Part shown: positions 26,251 through 36,383 of the stretch, piece by piece
How the letters are laid out: each line of letters opens with the position of its first letter
How positions within the stretch are numbered: the stretch's first letter is position 1
From: a bacterium
GTDB lineage: Bacteria; Krumholzibacteriota; Krumholzibacteriia; LZORAL124-64-63
Assembly: GCA_031441465.1 (NCBI GenBank)
Contig: JANOEP010000027.1
Coordinates: 1 to 64,000, forward strand
DNA length: 64,000 nt
Reading direction: 5' to 3'
The notes under the pieces: model-generated
Databases searched by the model: none
What the model was told of the DNA's origin: nothing
Seen by the model: only the letters and a program-made list of their open reading frames with translations
Position numbers and translations under genes: made by a program

Positions 26251-28260
26251 TCAATCCTCCAGCTGGCGTTCGATCATTTCGGCCAGGTCCAGGGCGCGCA
26301 GGGTCTCCTCGCGTCCGGTCTCCTTGATACCGTCGTCGATCATCGTCAGGCAGAACGGGCAGGCGGTGCAGACCTCCGCGGCCCCGGTGCCGGCCGCCTC
26401 GTCGACCCGGTTCTGGTTGATGCGCGTGCCCAGGGACTCCTCCATGAACATCCGGGCCCCGCCGGCGCCGCAGCAGAAGCCGTCGCGGCGGCTGCGGGCC
26501 ATCTCGACGCGTTCGAGGCCCAGGGCGTCGACGAGGTCGCGAGGCGCGTCGTAGACGTCGTTGTGCCGGCCGAGGTAGCAGGAGTCGTGGTAGGTGACCC
26601 GCGCGCGCCCCCCCTCCTTCAGCCGCAGCCGCCCCTGCGTCACGAGGTCCTGCAGCAGCTCGGAATGGTGCAGCACACGCGACGCGGACCAGTCGAACTG
26701 GGGGTACTCGTTGCGGATCATGTTGAAGCAGTGCGGGCAGGCCGTGACCACAGCGCCGACGTCGTAGCGGGCGAACGTCTCGATGTTGCGCCGCGCCTGC
26801 GCCTGGAAAAGATACTCGTGACCGGCGCGGCGGGCCGGATCGCCGCAGCAGCCCTCTTCGGTGCCCAGCACGGCGTAGTCCACGCCGGCGCGGTTCAGCA
26901 GACGGCACACGGCGCGCAGGACGTCCTTGTTGCGCTCGTCGTAGGCGCCGGCGCATCCCACGAAGAGCAGGTAATCGGCGCGGCCCCGGTCGCGCAGACG
27001 CGGCACCGGCAGGTCGCCGATCCAGTCCTCTCGGGCGGCGGCGCCGACGTTCCAGGGGTTCGAATTGTTTTCGAGGCCGCGCAGCGCCGACTGGAACTCC
27101 GGCGGCATGGCCGAGTCCATCATCATGCGGTGGCGGCGCAGGTCCACGATGTGGTCGACGTGCTCGATGGCGACCGGGCAGACCGTCTGGCAGTAGCCGC
27201 AGGTGGTGCAGCCCCACAGCACGTCGTCGGGGATCACGACGCCGGCGAGAGCCGGACGATCGAGCGCGGCCGAAACGGCGGCCGCCTCCGCGTCGCGTCC
27301 CTGGTGCTTCAGCTTGCCGACCTGGCGCAGGCCGTCGGCGACGGCCAGCAGGTGGTCGCGCTGGTCGGTGATGAGTTCCCGCGGGCGCAGCGGCTTGCCG
27401 GTGGTGGCCGTGGGGCAGTGCTCCGTGCAGCGCCCGCACTCGGTGCAGGAGTACATGTCCAGCAGGCGCCGCCAGGAGTAGTCTTCCAGCTTCCCGACGC
27501 CGAAGACCTCGCGGCCCTCGAAGTCCAGGCGCGCCGGCGCGCCCGGTGGCCCCAGTTTCATCGTGAACACGTTGGGCAGGGCCGTCAGCACGTGGAAGTG
27601 CTTGCCAAAGGGCAGAAAATTCAGGAACGCCAGCACCAGGACCAGGTGCGACCAGAACAGCCAGTCCAGCCACGCCCGCGCGTCCGACGCCGGGACGCCC
27701 GCGAACAGACCCGACAGCGCGGTGCCCACGAAGGACCAACCGGCCTCGGGGTGGTCCGGCCGCAGGGCGAACAGGACCGCGTCGCCGAGCAGGTCGGTGA
27801 CCATCAGCGCGGCGATCCAGGCCAGGATCAGCACGCCCTCGGCGCTGAAGTGCAGGCGCCGGGGCCGCAGCACCAGCCGGCGCCAGGCCGCGAAGCCCAC
27901 GGCGGCCAGCACCACCAACTCGAACACGTCCTTCAACGCCGCGTAGGCCCCGCCGAGCGGGCCGTCGAAGCCCGGCAACTGGAAGTCGGGGCTGAAACCG
28001 CGGCCGCACAGCGTGATCGTGCGCAGGGACACCACCAGGAAGCCCGAAAAGATGCCCACGTGCATCCAGCCCGCGCCCCGCTCGTAGAGCAGCCGCCGTT
28101 GGCCGAAGCCGATGGCGAACAGACGCCGCAGGCGCTCGCCAACGCGGTCGCGGCGGTTGTCGGGCGCGGCGGCCCGCAGCAGCCAGGCCCGGTCCGCGAT
28201 GGTGTTCGCGAACATGGCCAGCGCCGCCAACAGCAGCACGAAAGTCAGTACGGGGTTCAT
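26251..28260 (-). CDS. Membrane-bound Fe-S/CCG-domain oxidoreductase (ETF:menaquinone oxidoreductase, FadF/EtfD-like)
   Basis: N-terminal TM domain with His ligands (WMH, WSH, KHFH), [12 protein letters not shown] and [12 protein letters not shown] clusters, and two CCG domains (GCCGD, ACPHC, YHDSC, CCGAGG, ACPFC). Confidence 0.88.
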   Translation of the reverse strand: MNPVLTFVLLLAALAMFANTIADRAWLLRAAAPDNRRDRVGERLRRLFAIGFGQRRLLYERGAGWMHVGIFSGFLVVSLRTITLCGRGFSPDFQLPGFDGPLGGAYAALKDVFELVVLAAVGFAAWRRLVLRPRRLHFSAEGVLILAWIAALMVTDLLGDAVLFALRPDHPEAGWSFVGTALSGLFAGVPASDARAWLDWLFWSHLVLVLAFLNFLPFGKHFHVLTALPNVFTMKLGPPGAPARLDFEGREVFGVGKLEDYSWRRLLDMYSCTECGRCTEHCPTATTGKPLRPRELITDQRDHLLAVADGLRQVGKLKHQGRDAEAAAVSAALDRPALAGVVIPDDVLWGCTTCGYCQTVCPVAIEHVDHIVDLRRHRMMMDSAMPPEFQSALRGLENNSNPWNVGAAAREDWIGDLPVPRLRDRGRADYLLFVGCAGAYDERNKDVLRAVCRLLNRAGVDYAVLGTEEGCCGDPARRAGHEYLFQAQARRNIETFARYDVGAVVTACPHCFNMIRNEYPQFDWSASRVLHHSELLQDLVTQGRLRLKEGGRARVTYHDSCYLGRHNDVYDAPRDLVDALGLERVEMARSRRDGFCCGAGGARMFMEESLGTRINQNRVDEAAGTGAAEVCTACPFCLTMIDDGIKETGREETLRALDLAEMIERQLED

Positions 28261-28497
28261 GGCCGTCCTCGCGGATCGGGATTCGTGACGTCGCGGCGAA
28301 GATAGCAACCGCGGTCGGGTCGGGGTATCGAAATCCGCAAGCGCGCCCGCCACCCTGGGGGTGGACACCGGGGACGGTCCTCGGTACATTCTGCGGGTTC
28401 CGCGACGACGTCGTTGGGGCGCCGGGAGCGAGTCCCGGTTTTCCTGGCGGGATCCGCGTTTTCGACTGCGGATTCCGGCATATCCGGAGGGACGTCC

Positions 28498-28938
28498 ATG
28501 GACCACAACCGCACCGACGACTTCGACCCCACTCCCGGTGACGACGCCGTCCGGAAGCTCCTGCTCGGCATGCGCCGGGTGGCCGTGGTCGGCATCTCCG
28601 AGAATCCCGAGCGGGCCAGCCACGGCATCGCCCGCTTCCTGATCGGCAAGGGTCTCGAGGTCGTGGGCGTCAACCCCCAACTGCGGGAAGTGCTGGGCGT
28701 GCCCGTCTACCTCTCGCTGGCCGACGTGCCCGGGACGATCGACGTGGTCGACGTCTTCCGCCGCAGCGAAGCCGTCCCCTCCATCGTGGACGAGGCCATC
28801 GCCGCCGGCGCGCGCGCCGTCTGGCTGCAGGAGGGCGTGGTCCACGCCGAGGCGTCCCGCAAGGCGATCGCCGCGGGACTCGTGGTCGTCGCGAACCGTT
28901 GCATCTACAAGGAATGGCTGCGCCTGGCCAACGCTTGA
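28498..28938 (+). CDS. CoA-binding protein (YccU-like)
   Basis: [26 protein letters not shown] and NRCI. Confidence 0.9.
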   Translation: MDHNRTDDFDPTPGDDAVRKLLLGMRRVAVVGISENPERASHGIARFLIGKGLEVVGVNPQLREVLGVPVYLSLADVPGTIDVVDVFRRSEAVPSIVDEAIAAGARAVWLQEGVVHAEASRKAIAAGLVVVANRCIYKEWLRLANA

Positions 28939-28971
28939 GTCCAGGCCGGGAGGGATCGCGGAGGTGCCTCG

Positions 28972-29940
28972 ATGAAGAAAGTGCTGATCACGGGCGTGAC
29001 CGGGTTCGTCGGCTCCCATCTGGCGGAGCACCTGCTCGCCGAGGGCGGCCACGAGGTTCACGGCCTGAAACGCTGGCGGAGCCGGCTGGACAACATCGCC
29101 CATTTCGAGGACCGGCTCGTCCTGCACGACGGCGACATCACCGACGCGCGCAGCCTGCGCGAGGTGGTGGCCGCCGTCGCCCCCGACCAGGTCTACCACC
29201 TCGCGGCCCAGTCCTACGTGCCGGCGAGCTGGCGGGAGCCGGACTCCACGCTGACGACCAACGTGCGCGGGCAGCTGAACCTGTTCGAGGCCGTGCTGCA
29301 GGCGGGCCGGCCCTGCAGGATCCAGATCGCCGGCAGCAGCGAGGAATACGGCCTGGTCCACCCCGGCGAGCTGCCCATCACCGAGGACAACCCGTTGCGC
29401 CCGCTCAGCCCGTACGCGGTGAGCAAGGTGACCCAGGACCTGCTGGCTTGGCAGTACCACCGCAGCCACGGGCTGGACGTGGTGCGCACCCGCGGCTTCA
29501 ACCACACCGGCCCGCGGCGCGGCGAAGTCTTCGTCAGCAGCGATTTCGCCCGACAGATCGCGCTGATCGAAGCGGGCCGGCGCGCACCCGTGATCCACGT
29601 CGGCAACCTCGAAGCCAGCCGCGACTTCACCGACGTGCGCGACATGGTGCGCGCCTACCGTCTCGCCCTCGAGCTGGGCGAATCCGGCGCCGTGTACAAC
29701 GTCTGCTCGGGCGTCGCGGTGACCATCCGCGAACTGCTGGACCGGTTGTTGGCGATGTCACGCGTCTCGGTCCGCGTGGAACAGGATCCCGCCCGCATGC
29801 GCCCGTCCGACGTGCTGGTCCTGGCCGGGTCGGCGGCCCGCTTCCGCGACCGCACGGGCTGGGAGCCGGTCATCCCCTTCGAGCGGACCCTCGCCGACCT
29901 GCTCGACTACTGGCGTACCCGGATCGGCGCGGGCGCCTGA
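28972..29940 (+). CDS. Extended SDR, GDP-mannose 4,6-dehydratase or RMD-like
   Basis: [33 protein letters not shown] and RDFTDVRD. Confidence 0.85.
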   Translation: MKKVLITGVTGFVGSHLAEHLLAEGGHEVHGLKRWRSRLDNIAHFEDRLVLHDGDITDARSLREVVAAVAPDQVYHLAAQSYVPASWREPDSTLTTNVRGQLNLFEAVLQAGRPCRIQIAGSSEEYGLVHPGELPITEDNPLRPLSPYAVSKVTQDLLAWQYHRSHGLDVVRTRGFNHTGPRRGEVFVSSDFARQIALIEAGRRAPVIHVGNLEASRDFTDVRDMVRAYRLALELGESGAVYNVCSGVAVTIRELLDRLLAMSRVSVRVEQDPARMRPSDVLVLAGSAARFRDRTGWEPVIPFERTLADLLDYWRTRIGAGA

Positions 29941-30956
29941 TGGCCGGCCGCAACCCCGCCTCGGACCTGGTCCTAGTCACCGGCGCCACGGGCTTCGTCG
30001 GCCAGTGGCTCCTGGAGGAACTGCTCGAGAACGGCGCCGCTGTCGCGGGGACCGGTTTGCCGGCCGCCGACGGGAGCTCTCCCCGTTTGAGTCGTCACGT
30101 CCGTGAAGGCGAGGCCCGCTACCGCTGCCAGGCCGGCGTCTGGCATTTCTCGCCCCTGGACGTGACCGACGGCGCGGCGGTCGCCAGGGCGCTCGCCGCG
30201 CTGCGGCCCGCCACGGTCTACCACCTGGCGGCGCAGAGCTCCGCCGGGCTCTCCTTCCAGGACCCCCACGGCACCTTCGCCGTGAACGTCGGCGGTACGC
30301 TCAACCTGCTCGAGGCGATCCGCGCCCTGCCCGCGGCGGCACGGCCGCGCCTGCTGGTCGTGGGTTCGGCCGACGAGTACGGCGCGCCGGAACAGCCCCT
30401 GCCCCTGACCGAGCGCGCACCGCTGCGGCCGCTGTCGCCCTACGGGTCGAGCAAGGCGGCCGCCACGCTGCTGTGCCGGCAGTACCACGCGGCCCACGGC
30501 CTGCCGGTGATCGTCGCGCGACCGTTCAGCCACACCGGGCCGGGCCAGTCGGTGAACTTCGCTTTCCCCTCGTGGGCGCGGCAGCTCGCGACCGCGGCGA
30601 GGACGGGCGGCGTGGCCGAGATCCTGGTCGGGGACCTGCGCCCGCACCGGGACTACCTCCACGTCCGCGACGTCGTGCGGGCCTACCGCCTGCTGGCGGA
30701 ACGGGGACTGCCGGGCCAGGTCTACAACGTGGCCTCCGGCGCCGGGACCACCCTGCAGAACGCTCTGGACATCTTGTGCCGGGCGTCGGAACTTGGCGTC
30801 CGAGTCCGGACCGATCCGGACCGTTTGCGACCCGCCGACATCCCCCACCTGGTGGGCGACGCCGCCAAGCTGCGCGCCGCCACGGGCTGGGTGCCGAAAC
30901 TGGACCTGGAAACCGCACTGCGCGACCTGCTGCAGTGGATGAGGGAGCAGCCATGA
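29940..30956 (+). CDS. Second extended SDR, GDP-4-keto-6-deoxy-mannose reductase-like
   Basis: TGATGFVG, HLAAQS, GSADEYG, YGSSK and FSHTGPGQ. TGATG overlap with the previous gene. Confidence 0.82.
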   Translation: MAGRNPASDLVLVTGATGFVGQWLLEELLENGAAVAGTGLPAADGSSPRLSRHVREGEARYRCQAGVWHFSPLDVTDGAAVARALAALRPATVYHLAAQSSAGLSFQDPHGTFAVNVGGTLNLLEAIRALPAAARPRLLVVGSADEYGAPEQPLPLTERAPLRPLSPYGSSKAAATLLCRQYHAAHGLPVIVARPFSHTGPGQSVNFAFPSWARQLATAARTGGVAEILVGDLRPHRDYLHVRDVVRAYRLLAERGLPGQVYNVASGAGTTLQNALDILCRASELGVRVRTDPDRLRPADIPHLVGDAAKLRAATGWVPKLDLETALRDLLQWMREQP

Positions 30957-32263
30957 GCCGCATCTGCATGATCGGAACCGGATACGTGGGCCTCGTTTCG
31001 GGAGCCTGCCTGGCCGACTTCGGGCACGAGGTCTGGTGCGTCGACATCAACGACGAGCGCATCGCCGACCTGCACCGCGGCGTGATGCCGATCTACGAGC
31101 CCGGCCTCGACCGTCTCGTCGCCAAGAACGTCGCCGGCGGCCGCCTCTTCTTCACCACCTCGCTGGCCGAGGCGATGGGCAAGACCGACGTGATCTTCAT
31201 CGCCGTGCAGACGCCCATGTCCGACGGCGGCGAGGCCGACCTGACCTACGTGCTCAACGTCGCGCGCGAGATCGGGCAGTTGATGACGCGGCCCAGCGTC
31301 ATCGTGACCAAGAGCACCGTCCCGGTGGGCACGTCGCGCAAGGTCAAGGCGGCCATCCTGGAATCCCAGAAACTGCCGGTGGACTTCGATCTGGCCAGCA
31401 ACCCGGAATTCCTGCGCGAGGGGTCGAGCATCGAGGACTTCATGCGCCCGGACCGCGTCGTGGTCGGCACCGATTCGGCCCGCGGCGAGAAGGTCATGCG
31501 CGAGATCTACCGGCCGCTCTACCTGCTGGAAACCCCGATCCTCGTCTGCGACATCGAATCCGCGGAGCTGATCAAGTACGCCAGCAACGCCTTCCTGGCG
31601 GTCAAGATCTCCTACATCAACGAGATCTCCGCGCTGGCCGACCGCGTGGGCGCCGACGTCTCGCTGGTGGCCAAGGCCATGGGCCTCGACAAGCGCATCG
31701 GGCCGAAATTCCTGCACGCCGGACTGGGCTTCGGCGGTTCGTGCCTGCCCAAGGACACCAACGCCATCGTCCACATCGCCGAACAGGCCGGCACGGACAT
31801 GAGCATCGTGCGCGCGGCGATCGGCGTGAACGAGCGCCTGCCCGACCTCGCCATGGCGAAGGCCCGCGAACTGCTGCCCGAACTGAAGGGCGCGGTCGTG
31901 GCCCTGCTCGGCCTGAGCTTCAAGCCGAACACCGACGACATCCGCGACGCGCCCAGCCGCGCGCTGGTCGCCGCCCTGCAGACGGCGGGCGCCACGCTGC
32001 GCGTGCACGACCCGGTGGCCATGGACAACTTCCGCGCCGTCCACCCCTCCCTGCACTACTGCGAGGGCCCGTACGACGCCGCGGCCGGCGCCGACCTCGT
32101 GCTGCTGGTCACCGAGTGGAACGAATACCGGCAGCTCGACCTGGCGCGGCTAGGCGCCGCCATGCGCGGGCGCCGCTTCCTGGACTGCCGTAACGTCTAC
32201 AACAGCGCCCTGCTGGGCGAGCAAGGCTTCGCCTACCGGTGCTTCGGGCGCCCCCGCGCCTAG
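30953..32263 (+). CDS. ugd: UDP-glucose/GDP-mannose 6-dehydrogenase
   Basis: GTGYVG, KSTVPVGT, NPEFLREG, KYASN, GFGGSCLPKD and FKPNTDD. Confidence 0.93.
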   Translation: MSRICMIGTGYVGLVSGACLADFGHEVWCVDINDERIADLHRGVMPIYEPGLDRLVAKNVAGGRLFFTTSLAEAMGKTDVIFIAVQTPMSDGGEADLTYVLNVAREIGQLMTRPSVIVTKSTVPVGTSRKVKAAILESQKLPVDFDLASNPEFLREGSSIEDFMRPDRVVVGTDSARGEKVMREIYRPLYLLETPILVCDIESAELIKYASNAFLAVKISYINEISALADRVGADVSLVAKAMGLDKRIGPKFLHAGLGFGGSCLPKDTNAIVHIAEQAGTDMSIVRAAIGVNERLPDLAMAKARELLPELKGAVVALLGLSFKPNTDDIRDAPSRALVAALQTAGATLRVHDPVAMDNFRAVHPSLHYCEGPYDAAAGADLVLLVTEWNEYRQLDLARLGAAMRGRRFLDCRNVYNSALLGEQGFAYRCFGRPRA

Positions 32264-32303
32264 CGGCCCTGCGACCGGCCGCGGCCGGACGGGAAAGGAC
32301 GAC

Positions 32304-33431
32304 ATGCACGAGAAGGACGGCCGCCGCGTCGCCCGCTACGACCTGGTGACGCCGATGCTGCCCTGCAAGCAGGAGATCCTGGCCGGCGTCGACCGCCTGC
32401 TGTCGACCGGGGAGTACATCCTGGGCCGGGAAGTGCACGCCCTCGAAAGCGAGATGGCCGCGGCCTGCGAGGTCGCCGACGCCGTCGGCGTCGCCTCCGG
32501 CTCCGCGGCCCTGTACTTGGCGCTGCAGATCGCCGGTGTCGGGCCCGGCGTCGAGGTCGTGACCACTCCCTACACCTTCGTCGCGACCATCGAGGCGATC
32601 ATCCGCCTGGGCGGCACGCCCGTGTTCGTGGACCTCGACCCGCGCACGCTCAACCTGGACCCCGACCTCGCCGCCGCGGCCGTCACCCCGCGCACCCGCG
32701 TCCTGCTGCCGGTGCACATCTTCGGCATGCCCTGCGAGATGGAACCCCTCGCCCGGACCGCGGCGCAGCACGGTCTGGACGTCGTGGAGGACATGTGCCA
32801 GGCCTACGGTTCCCTCTACCGGGGCCGTCCCTGCGGGTCCTTCGGCCGCATGGCCTGCCTGAGCTTCTACCCGACCAAGAACCTGCCCGGCATCGGCGAC
32901 GGCGGGATGATCCTCTGCCGCGACGACGACGACGCCGCCCGGCTGCGCCGCCTGCGCGGCCACGAGACGGTCCGCGTCGGGGACCGCCTGCTCTCGGGCT
33001 GGAACAGCCGACTCGACGAGATCCAGGCCCTGGTGATCCGCGTCCGCCTGGCCCGCTTCGCCGACGAGCAGGCCGACCGCGACCGCGCCGCCGCCGTCTA
33101 CAACGATCTCATTCCCGAAGCCAACCGGCTCGCCGCGCCCCGGCCCGGCTCCGGCGTCCGCGTCACCCATCATCAGTACTGGATTCGCGTACCGGATCGT
33201 GCCAGACTGGAGGCCCGCCTCCGGGAGGCCGGCGTCGACTTCGGCATCTACTACGCGCCGCCGCTGCACCGTCACGAGCTGGCCGAGTACTGCCGGATCC
33301 ACGGCGCGATGACGCACGCCGAAGCCGCAGGACGGGAAGTGCTGGCCCTGCCGATCCACCAGGCGTTGCCCGAACGGGACGCCCGCCGGATCGGGGAACT
33401 GGTGCAGGAACACCTCGCGCGGACGGCCTGA
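32304..33431 (+). CDS. DegT/DnrJ/EryC1/StrS sugar aminotransferase
   Basis: YTFVAT, PVHIFG, VEDMCQA, SFYPTKNL (PLP Lys) and NSRLDEIQA. Confidence 0.9.
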   Translation: MHEKDGRRVARYDLVTPMLPCKQEILAGVDRLLSTGEYILGREVHALESEMAAACEVADAVGVASGSAALYLALQIAGVGPGVEVVTTPYTFVATIEAIIRLGGTPVFVDLDPRTLNLDPDLAAAAVTPRTRVLLPVHIFGMPCEMEPLARTAAQHGLDVVEDMCQAYGSLYRGRPCGSFGRMACLSFYPTKNLPGIGDGGMILCRDDDDAARLRRLRGHETVRVGDRLLSGWNSRLDEIQALVIRVRLARFADEQADRDRAAAVYNDLIPEANRLAAPRPGSGVRVTHHQYWIRVPDRARLEARLREAGVDFGIYYAPPLHRHELAEYCRIHGAMTHAEAAGREVLALPIHQALPERDARRIGELVQEHLARTA

Positions 33432-33468
33432 CATCGGTGCGGACCGCGACCACGGGAGAGTACGAGCG

Positions 33469-34560
33469 ATGAGCAGCGGCACCTACACCCTGGGAACCCT
33501 GGACGGGCGCCTCAACCGCGCCCAGACCTTGCTGGTCATCGAACGGCTGCGCGCGGCGCACCCGCGGGCCATCTTCGACATGGTCACCATCTCGGACCCC
33601 CGCACCAACCGGCAGAGCGCGTCGGAGCTGTACTGCGCCCACTCGGCGGCGGAGATCGAGATGCTGCTGTCGCACCTGCTCGCCGGGGAGTTCCAGCTGC
33701 TCGACATCGCCGCTGAGGATATCGTGCGGCCGCTGCCGAGCGGGCTGGTCGTCGCGGCGGTGCCCGAGCGCAACACGCCCTTCGACGCCCTGCTGCACAA
33801 GGGCGGCTGCATCGCGGACGACCTCGAGGACGGCACGCGCGTCGGCGTCCTGAGCCGCCGCTCGATGGCCCAGATCCACCAGCTCTGGCCCCAGCTCAAA
33901 CCGAAGCTGCTCTACGGCGGCGCCGTCGAGGCACTGGACGCGTACCTGCAGGACGAGGCCGTGGACTGCCTGGTCCTGCCCGCGGCCATCGCCGAGCGCC
34001 TGGGCGTCCAAGACATCGTGACGGAGATCTTCTTCCCGGAGATCACCCTGCCCGGAGCCGGACAGGGCCTCATCGCCATCATCGCGCGGGCCGGCGACGC
34101 CGAGGTGCTCGGCATGGTGGCGGCCATGGACTCCCCCCAGTCCCGCGCGGAGATGACGGCCGAGCTGGCCTTCCGCGAGAGGATCTGCTCGGACCAGGAC
34201 TGCCCTCTCGGCGTGCTGGCCCAGGCCGGCGAAGACAGCCTGATCATCACCGGCGCCGTGGGCTCCATGCACGGCCACTCCATGAACCAGGCCGTCCTGC
34301 GCGGGCCCTCGATCGAGGCGGCGGCGCTGGGCGTGCGGCTGGCCGAGCAGCTCCTGCTCAACACGGCCTCGCTGATCGACCTGCTGGAAGCCGATTTTCC
34401 CGAGGGTCTGCCCGTGGAACTCGAGGAGGGCGCGGCGGCGCCGCAGGAAGCCGACGGCATCCACGAGGAAAACCTGCCGGAAGAGCTCGGCGAGGATTTC
34501 AAGGGCGGCGGGGACGATCCCTACGACGACGATTTCGTGGAGCCGCGCGACGACTACTGA
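33469..34560 (+). CDS. HemC (porphobilinogen deaminase)-fold protein with a degenerate active site and an acidic tail
   Basis: Colinear with HemC (ERNTPFDAL, GTRVG, ERLG, LPGAGQG, TAE, PLG), but several catalytic Arg residues and the GGC motif are replaced. Confidence 0.75.
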   Translation: MSSGTYTLGTLDGRLNRAQTLLVIERLRAAHPRAIFDMVTISDPRTNRQSASELYCAHSAAEIEMLLSHLLAGEFQLLDIAAEDIVRPLPSGLVVAAVPERNTPFDALLHKGGCIADDLEDGTRVGVLSRRSMAQIHQLWPQLKPKLLYGGAVEALDAYLQDEAVDCLVLPAAIAERLGVQDIVTEIFFPEITLPGAGQGLIAIIARAGDAEVLGMVAAMDSPQSRAEMTAELAFRERICSDQDCPLGVLAQAGEDSLIITGAVGSMHGHSMNQAVLRGPSIEAAALGVRLAEQLLLNTASLIDLLEADFPEGLPVELEEGAAAPQEADGIHEENLPEELGEDFKGGGDDPYDDDFVEPRDDY

Positions 34561-35522
34561 CCCGAGGGCGACGACCGGCCCTGTCCTGCCGACGTTTCCG
34601 GATCGCCTGCGGCCGCCAAGCCGGCCGCCACGGCAGCGGCGGCGAACGGGTCGCTCATTTGGGCCGTGCCGATCTGCACGGCGACCGCTCCCACCGCGAA
34701 GAACTTCAACGCATCCTCGAGGGTCGTGATCCCACCGACACCCACTACGGGCAGACCCGTCTCCTGCACGATCTCGTCGACCCGGGCCAACGCGACCGGC
34801 AGCAGGGCGGGGCCGCTGTAACCGCCCCGCCGGCGCGGCAGGACCGGCAAACCCGTGCGCAGGTCCACGTCCATGCCGATCAGGGTGTTGATGGCGGTCA
34901 CCCCGTCGGCACCGCCGCGCGCCGCCGCGGCGGCGAGCCGGGCGATGCTGCCGACGTTGGGCGTGAGCTTGGCCAGCAAGGCGCGCTCCGGCAGGTGCTC
35001 GCGCGCCGCGGCGACACAGCGCTCCACCATCACGGGATCGCGGCCGAAGTCGACCCCGCCCTCGGCCACGTTCGGGCAACTCAGGTTCAGCTCGACGCCG
35101 TGCCAGTGAGCCGACCCGGCGGCCGCCGCGGCCAGCCGGCGGGCCAGATCCCCGAACTCCCCGGGCCGGGTGGCCGCGAGGCTGGCGACGAAGGGCACCC
35201 CGCGCGCTTCGAGGACCGGCACGATCTCGTCCACGAAGCGCGCGAGGCCGACGTTCTCCAGCCCGATGGAATTCAAGGCGCCGTGCGCGGTCTCCCACAG
35301 CCGGGGCGGCGGGTTGCCGGGGCGGGCCTCGGGCGTGACCGTCTTGGTGACCACCGCCCCGAGACCGGCGAAGGGCGACCCGTAGCCGGGAGCGACGAGA
35401 TCGGCCCCGTCCAGGCCGTAACCGAAGCAACCCGATGCGGTCCAGATCCGACCGGGAAACTCGCGCGGGCCGAGCCGCAGAGGTCCGCGGGGATCGAAGG
35501 CGAGCCAGCCCGGCAGCATCAT
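34554..35522 (-). CDS. pyrD: Dihydroorotate dehydrogenase B, catalytic subunit
   Basis: ASGCFG, KTVT..GNP.PR, NSIGLEN, ELNLSCPN, KLTPN, INT and GGYSG. An alternative GTG start lies at 35525. Confidence 0.92.
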   Translation of the reverse strand: MMLPGWLAFDPRGPLRLGPREFPGRIWTASGCFGYGLDGADLVAPGYGSPFAGLGAVVTKTVTPEARPGNPPPRLWETAHGALNSIGLENVGLARFVDEIVPVLEARGVPFVASLAATRPGEFGDLARRLAAAAAGSAHWHGVELNLSCPNVAEGGVDFGRDPVMVERCVAAAREHLPERALLAKLTPNVGSIARLAAAAARGGADGVTAINTLIGMDVDLRTGLPVLPRRRGGYSGPALLPVALARVDEIVQETGLPVVGVGGITTLEDALKFFAVGAVAVQIGTAQMSDPFAAAAVAAGLAAAGDPETSAGQGRSSPSGQ

Positions 35523-36349
35523 CACACACCGCTCCCCTCGCCGAACCGCGCCCAGTCCAGTCCACGCGCGTCGAAGACGGGCCCGTCCTTGCAGGCCGTG
35601 GCGTAGCCGCCGTCCTGCGCGCGCGGAACCACGCAGCCCCGGCACACGCCGTACCCGCAGCCCATGCGTTCCTCCACCGAGACCGAGCAATCCCAACCGC
35701 GCTCGGCGGCCAGCACCGCCGCCGCGCGCAGCAGGGGCAGCGGCCCGCAGGCCAGCACCACGTGCGCCGGCGACCCGGCGGGCAGCAGCGAGCGCGCCAG
35801 TTCCACGACATTCCCGCCGAAGGCGAGTCGACCGGCCGGAACCGCGCCGGGCCGGTCCAGGCTGACGCGCCAGGCGGGGCTCAGCAGGCCCCAGGGCAGG
35901 TCGTCGCCGTCACGGCCACCGGCACAGCGGAGATCCTGCGGCCGGTCCCAGCGTTCCGCCCAGGCGAGCAGGGGCGGCAGCCCCACCCCGCCGGCCAGCA
36001 AGAGGCGCGGCCTGGGGTCGGGTGCGGGGAACGGGCGGCCCAGGGGGACGAGGCAGGTGACCGGGGCCCCGACACCGGCGTCGCGCAGCCGGGCGGTGCC
36101 GCGGCCGACAACCTTGTAGAGCAGCGAGAGACGTTGTCCGGTCTTCGCCAGCAGGGAGAAGGGCCGGCCGAAGACCAGGGCGAGGTCGCCCGTGAGGTTG
36201 AGCATGCAGAACTGGCCCGGTTGGAACGGGACGGCTTCCTCCAGCTCGAGTTCCAGCCGCCGCATGGACGAGGAGACGGGGACATCCGCGGCGATCGTCC
36301 CACGCAGACGGCGGGCGGACGGTGGGGGCGCGGCGGCGGGCATGGTCAC
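35522..36349 (-). CDS. pyrK: Dihydroorotate dehydrogenase electron-transfer subunit
   Basis: PGQF, RPFS, AGGVGLPP, ACGP and EERMGCGYGVCRGC..CKDGPVF. Confidence 0.92.
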   Translation of the reverse strand: MTMPAAAPPPSARRLRGTIAADVPVSSSMRRLELELEEAVPFQPGQFCMLNLTGDLALVFGRPFSLLAKTGQRLSLLYKVVGRGTARLRDAGVGAPVTCLVPLGRPFPAPDPRPRLLLAGGVGLPPLLAWAERWDRPQDLRCAGGRDGDDLPWGLLSPAWRVSLDRPGAVPAGRLAFGGNVVELARSLLPAGSPAHVVLACGPLPLLRAAAVLAAERGWDCSVSVEERMGCGYGVCRGCVVPRAQDGGYATACKDGPVFDARGLDWARFGEGSGV

Positions 36350-36383
36350 GTGGCGTTCTCCTGGGCCGCGGCCCGGTTTCCCG

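Noticed and set aside
26251..29598. 1115-aa ORF
   Set aside because: The extension is antisense to the CoA-binding and SDR genes; the true start is 28260.
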